A DNA stretch of 32,000 bases, taken from NCBI GenBank assembly GCA_017521465.1, contig JAFXCN010000025.1, forward strand, positions 3,330-35,329, written 5' to 3'. This document shows positions 27,390-32,000 of this stretch, one piece after another. The position numbers and the translations under genes are program-made. The stretch's first letter is position 1; every line of letters starts with the position of its first letter. Source of the stretch: Clostridia bacterium (GTDB lineage Bacteria > Bacillota > Clostridia > TANB77 > UBA1234). The notes below the pieces were generated by a model. That model was not told the DNA's origin. It did no database searches and saw nothing but the letters and a program-made list of their open reading frames with translations.

Positions 27390-29396
27390 TTAAAATACCA
27401 TTCCTACATAATATGCTTTTCCATCTTCGTCAAATGATATATCTACAGTCTGTTCTTTTTTATCACACCATGTGTATGTAACATATCCATATTCCGAAAC
27501 AGAACTTTCATATGCTGCTTTTCCAAGTATCTTTTCAACCTCTTTTAATGTCATATCTTCTTCAACTTTTTTAATAATATCATTTAAATCTTCAATGCTT
27601 GTATTTGTTTCTTTGCCAAGAAATACACCAGAATATTTAGAAGAATATAGTACTATAGATTTTTCTTCTACTTGTCCATCTCTAATAATAACTTCAACAG
27701 CAGACATATTTGAAGCTATATTTGAATTCCATTCTATAAATTCTGAACTTGAATATTTATTATCATATGATGGCGTACCTAATTTTTGAATAACACTTTC
27801 CTTTGAATCTCCTATTTTTATTTTATTATACATGTCTTGCGCATCAGCAAGAACACCATTATATTCAACAAAATTATCATCATAAGTATAATCATAGTCA
27901 TAATCATAATCATAGTCGTAATCATCATAACCTAGATTTGGAGATGCTGTTAAATTATTCATTAAATCTTCCATTGGTAACTTATCTTGCAAATCTTCAG
28001 CTATTTTTTCCATACCATCCATAAACTCTTCTGCATAATTTTCTAATTCATCATCATCTGCATCATTAACAATTAATGCATTTTGTTTATCTAATTTAAC
28101 AAGATTTTTAGTACTATTCGATTGTTTTTGTTTAAAGCTAAATAGTTCCAATTTTTCATCTTCTAGCTTTACAATAAACTTAGCATCAATTTCATTTTTA
28201 CTCATTGTACCTTTTAATATAAACTCAGCTATCGCATCGCCGTACTCTTCTGCCCCCATAGAAAGATATAGATTTTTATCAACTAAAGTTTTAATAATTA
28301 TTTTTTCATCATCAGCTTCAAATTCTGTTGCTACTGTTTTTCCTTTATATTCATAAACAGAAATTTCTACTAAAACTTCTTCGTCGTCGAATTCATAATC
28401 TTCTGACATATCTAATAATTCTTCATATGCTTCTTCTAAGCTTTCACAAATCTTATCAACTTCTGGTATATCATTAGATGTAATATCATACATATCTTCT
28501 ACAGGGTATCCATTATTCTCCATTAATTCTAAAACTGATTTTACATCATTTAGGATTAATTTAATGTTTTTCTTATCATCTTTCATTGTTTTTAATGTAC
28601 CCTTTAACATGTCATACATTTCTTTTTCAGTAATTGATAAAGTATATTTTTTTGTTTTTAATTCTTCATCGCCAAATTTTATTTCTACATTATCTTCAAC
28701 CTTTACTGCTCCTTTTGAATTGTCTGTCAACACTTTGATATATTTATCAAACATCTTTTCTATATCAGCAGGTTTAGTTTTTATTACTTTTTCAAAATCT
28801 TCTGCTTCTAAAAATCTATCAGGAAGTTCATCAACATCATCTATTCCAAATTTTTCAAAAACTTTTTGTAGATCTTTATTTTGAAGCGCAATGAATTTTT
28901 CCGTGGCATCTTTTACTTTTACTCCATAAACATCATCTGTTTTTGCAAACTCAAGAGTAATTAATGAATCATCATTAAAAACAAGATTGATTTCTCCCGA
29001 CGAATCTTTGTCTTTGATTACTTCGTTTACATCAACACCTATTTTTATTTCTTCTTCCATTTCTTCGCCTAATGTCTCGGCAATTTCGTTCATATCAATT
29101 TCTATGCTTGAATTAAATTCTCCATTTTCCACTTCTTTAAAAAGAGATGCAACAGATTGTTTCTTTAACAACAAATCAAAGAATTTTGCTTCATCACTTT
29201 TAAACATTGAACCTGCAAATACAACTCCTAAAAGTAATATTACTATAGCCGCAGAAGCTATAACTAATGCTTTTAAATTACTTTTACTATCTTGAACATT
29301 ATTGTTAAAACTTTCGTTTTGAATAACATTATCTTGCATACTATTATCCATTTCCATATTGTTTTGTTCAAACATTTCATTATTATTTTGTTCCAT
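27390..29396 (-). CDS. Membrane-anchored acidic protein of unknown function, paralog A, with a (DY)n tract and two C-terminal BLIP-like/DUF3862-like repeats
   Basis: 668 aa. Asn/Gln-rich N-terminus, then a single TM (ALVIASAAIVILLLGVVFAG). The central ~400 aa are collinear with the upstream paralog. The C-terminal repeats follow the pattern I..GDSKESVIQKLGTP... / MTLKEVEKILGKA...YTW...ISFDEDGKAYY. Confidence 0.8.
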   Translation of the reverse strand: MEQNNNEMFEQNNMEMDNSMQDNVIQNESFNNNVQDSKSNLKALVIASAAIVILLLGVVFAGSMFKSDEAKFFDLLLKKQSVASLFKEVENGEFNSSIEIDMNEIAETLGEEMEEEIKIGVDVNEVIKDKDSSGEINLVFNDDSLITLEFAKTDDVYGVKVKDATEKFIALQNKDLQKVFEKFGIDDVDELPDRFLEAEDFEKVIKTKPADIEKMFDKYIKVLTDNSKGAVKVEDNVEIKFGDEELKTKKYTLSITEKEMYDMLKGTLKTMKDDKKNIKLILNDVKSVLELMENNGYPVEDMYDITSNDIPEVDKICESLEEAYEELLDMSEDYEFDDEEVLVEISVYEYKGKTVATEFEADDEKIIIKTLVDKNLYLSMGAEEYGDAIAEFILKGTMSKNEIDAKFIVKLEDEKLELFSFKQKQSNSTKNLVKLDKQNALIVNDADDDELENYAEEFMDGMEKIAEDLQDKLPMEDLMNNLTASPNLGYDDYDYDYDYDYDYTYDDNFVEYNGVLADAQDMYNKIKIGDSKESVIQKLGTPSYDNKYSSSEFIEWNSNIASNMSAVEVIIRDGQVEEKSIVLYSSKYSGVFLGKETNTSIEDLNDIIKKVEEDMTLKEVEKILGKAAYESSVSEYGYVTYTWCDKKEQTVDISFDEDGKAYYVGMVF

Positions 29397-29483
29397 AATA
29401 ATTACCTCCTCATTTTTATTTTTTTATGTTTCAACATCTTCTACCTTCCTTTCTTTTTATTTTTTTAATTCTTAATATAAATA

Positions 29484-31442
29484 CTACTTAAAATGTATAT
29501 ATGTAACATTCCTTCCATCACTAGCATTAATCATTTCGCCAAACTCACTAACATAATATACATCACTTGAAATATACATTCTTGCTTCTCCATCTACCAT
29601 TCTTGGAAATCCTGGCAAAGTAAATACAGTTCCATTTTGAGTTATCCAATGTGTTTCTGTTCCATTCGCATCTCCATAAAATTTATGATTATCTCTATAT
29701 CCCATAATTTGACTATCTTTGATTTGCCAACATACTATATCACCAATTCCCCAAATGTCTTTTGTTGCTACACGCCCATCCATATAATACAAATTCGAAT
29801 CCGCTAACTGATTTAATCGTGTAACAAATGCTACCCCCTCTGGTACCATTACACTTGTATTTATTTCTTTTCCTGTTGCAGCAGCATGATATCTTTGAGC
29901 TTTCGTTGTCGCTAAACCGCTCAATCCATATTTTTCTGTAATATCAGCATACGGACCAGTTTTTAACTCTAACGTATAATCACCAAATTCTTGTGCAAAC
30001 ATTGCAAATTGTGCATTACTTACTGTATCAGGTGTTGAACTACTGCCAAACAAATCCTCAAAAGCTTCCGTGTCACCAAATAATTCTTCCTTATCTTCTA
30101 ACCATTTTTCCGCATTTCCAGTAAATTCTTCTGAATATTTTTCTAGTTCGTTTTCATCCGCATTATTAAGAAGTACCATATTTTTCTTAGTTAATTTTAT
30201 TAAATTTTTAATACCGCTTGTTTGTTTCTGCCTCATCGTAAACAACTCTAATTTTTCGCCATCAGCTTCTATTATAAATTTAGCTTCCATTTCTTTTTTG
30301 TCCATAGTCCCTTTTAATGCAACTTCTCCAAGTTTTGTGCCATTTTCCTCCACAACAAAACCTACATATAGCTCTTTATTAGCAAACGCTTTGAATATCA
30401 CTTTATCATAACCATCGTCTAATTCAGTCGCAATTGTTTTTCCTTTAAATTCATATACACAAATTTTGACTATAATTTCTTCATCGTCGAATTTATAATT
30501 TTCTGCAATTTCTAACATATCTTCATATTCCTCATTTATCTGTTCAAGAACATCATTTACATTAGGAATATCTTTAGATGTTATACCAAAAATATCTTTT
30601 GTTGGATAATTATTTTTTTCCATTAACTCTAAAATAGCTTTATAATTATTTAAAACTAGTTTAATATTTTTTTGATCATCTTTCATTGTTTCTAAAACTG
30701 CTTTTGAAAGTTCAAAAGTATCTTCTTCAGTTAAAGCTAATGTATATTTATTAGTTTTAACTTTTTCGTTATTAATTTTTAATTCTACATTTTTCTCTAC
30801 TTCAACTAAGTTTTCAGAATTTTTAGCAAGTACTTTAATATATTTATCAAGCATCCTGTTTACATCTGTTTTTTTGATTTTAGATGCTTTTTTAAAATCT
30901 TCTGACAACAAAAGTTTATTTGGTAATTTATCTGCATCCGGCACATTTAAATTTTCAAACATCTCTTGTAAATTTTTATTCTCGAACCCTATAAACTTTT
31001 CTGTCATATCTTTTACTCTTGCACCAATTAAATTATTTGTTTTAGCATATTCCAAAACAAATATTTCTTCATCGTTTAAAAGGAATTCTATTACACTTGA
31101 AAAGTTATTTTTCTTTTTAACTTCTGTTATATTAAATTCAAGTTCAACTTTTTCATCGATATCTTCATTAAGAGTTTCAGCAATATCATCGACATCAATT
31201 TTTATTTTAGTATCTCTTTGTCCATCCTTCATTTCGCCAAGCATTGAACTTACTGCTTGTTTTTTCATAAGTAATTCATAGAATTTTTTCTCATCACCTT
31301 TAGCAGCAAAAACTACATTTGAAAAAGATACTAATAATATAATTAATAACACCAAAACCTTTTTTAAACTTTTTTGTTTTTGCACAACATTATTTTTTTT
31401 CACATTGTTTAAATCTAACATTTCATTGTCATTAGGTTCCAT
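29484..31442 (-). CDS. Membrane-anchored acidic protein of unknown function, paralog B, with a different C-terminal module
   Basis: 652 aa with a single TM (VLVLLIILLVSFSNVVFA). Central region collinear with paralog A. Its 22-nt initiation region GAGGAGGTAATTATTATGGAAC is identical to that of paralog A. Confidence 0.8.
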   Translation of the reverse strand: MEPNDNEMLDLNNVKKNNVVQKQKSLKKVLVLLIILLVSFSNVVFAAKGDEKKFYELLMKKQAVSSMLGEMKDGQRDTKIKIDVDDIAETLNEDIDEKVELEFNITEVKKKNNFSSVIEFLLNDEEIFVLEYAKTNNLIGARVKDMTEKFIGFENKNLQEMFENLNVPDADKLPNKLLLSEDFKKASKIKKTDVNRMLDKYIKVLAKNSENLVEVEKNVELKINNEKVKTNKYTLALTEEDTFELSKAVLETMKDDQKNIKLVLNNYKAILELMEKNNYPTKDIFGITSKDIPNVNDVLEQINEEYEDMLEIAENYKFDDEEIIVKICVYEFKGKTIATELDDGYDKVIFKAFANKELYVGFVVEENGTKLGEVALKGTMDKKEMEAKFIIEADGEKLELFTMRQKQTSGIKNLIKLTKKNMVLLNNADENELEKYSEEFTGNAEKWLEDKEELFGDTEAFEDLFGSSSTPDTVSNAQFAMFAQEFGDYTLELKTGPYADITEKYGLSGLATTKAQRYHAAATGKEINTSVMVPEGVAFVTRLNQLADSNLYYMDGRVATKDIWGIGDIVCWQIKDSQIMGYRDNHKFYGDANGTETHWITQNGTVFTLPGFPRMVDGEARMYISSDVYYVSEFGEMINASDGRNVTYIHFK

Positions 31443-31498
31443 AATAATTACCTCCTCTTTTGTTCTTTTTCACAATCTCTTTTGCTTAACACAATATC

Positions 31499-31527
31499 AT
31501 TATATCACCAAAAGCGCTATATTTCAA
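31499..31527 (-). promoter_or_regulatory. Near-consensus sigma-A promoter of the paralog pair
   Basis: Minus strand TTGAAA (31527-31522), 17-nt spacer, TATAAT (31504-31499). Confidence 0.55.
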
Positions 31528-31606
31528 CGTTTTTCAGCATTTAGTTTTTCCTAACCATACCCAAATCAAAGAAAAAACTACGGAAATACAAGCTTCACAT
31601 AATAAG

Positions 31607-31671
31607 AAAATATTAAAAATAAAGCTTTTTGCGCACATCCAAATTTTTACATTTAGATGTGCACAAAAAGC
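31607..31671 (-). terminator. Terminator-like hairpin after the dnaE-like gene
   Basis: GCTTTTTGCGCACATC (31624-31639) pairs with GATGTGCACAAAAAGC (31656-31671) with one bulge. On the minus strand it is followed by TTTATTTTT. Confidence 0.5.
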
Positions 31672-31699
31672 CTTCTTTCTCTTCTTTCCGTAGTATTTT

Positions 31700-32000
31700 T
31701 TAATAAATTATATTTTCTTTTCCTATTCTTCTTTCCAATTCATCAATTACTCTTTTATCAACTTGTAATCGCAGTGTATTTTGTTTTTCTCCATTAACAA
31801 TAGTTACATCTACATTTGCTTTTTCATTTCCTAAACTCTTTATATATGCTCTTAAATCTGCAAGATTTCTTTCGTCTAAATATGATGGAATATTGATTGT
31901 TAATTTTTCAAAATTTATTTCTTGCTCACAAGTTTGAAACTTCAATCCAATTATTGTTACTTCATCTTCTCTTAGATTTATTCTTCCATCTATTTTCACA
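31700..32000 (-). CDS. dnaE: 3' end of a longer gene, probably DNA polymerase III alpha subunit DnaE (C-terminal OB-fold/tail)
   Basis: The frame is open to the window edge. ...GRINLREDEVTIIG... followed by a short tail resembles the C-terminus of clostridial DnaE. Judged from about 100 aa only. Confidence 0.45.
   Translation of the reverse strand, partial: VKIDGRINLREDEVTIIGLKFQTCEQEINFEKLTINIPSYLDERNLADLRAYIKSLGNEKANVDVTIVNGEKQNTLRLQVDKRVIDELERRIGKENIIY

Overview
AT-rich Firmicutes/Clostridia-type chromosomal segment. All but one recognisable gene lies on the minus strand. Most of the window is conserved housekeeping and sporulation backbone. In coordinate order: polC (5' part), hemW, whiA, prmC, a DUF1385 gene, rpmE, the eight-gene spoIIIA operon, sleB, a probable OLE RNA with oapA, a DUF212/PAP2-like gene, xseB, xseA, nusB, a DUF2273-amaP-asp23 stress cluster, fmt, def, priA, a PH-domain gene (+ strand), groEL/groES with a perfect CIRCE operator, and a probable dnaE 3' end. 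I found no recognisable defence, toxin, CRISPR or prophage module. Second-look items: (1) a ~600-nt ORF-free structured segment in the published OLE RNA/OapA gene context; (2) a GC-enriched islet between spoIIIAH and rpmE with a self-contained unknown gene (near-consensus promoter, SD, terminator) next to a 35-nt tandem repeat array ending in an inverted partial copy; (3) a 1-nt frameshift in the Walker A codons of spoIIIAA; (4) an ~80-nt structured element present twice, with compensatory changes in its apical stem; (5) a perfect 27-bp-arm palindrome after sleB; (6) two tandem paralogous membrane-anchored proteins with swapped C-terminal modules, one module shared with an orphan pilin-like protein lacking Glu5. 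All family calls come from motif recognition by eye; no searches were run.
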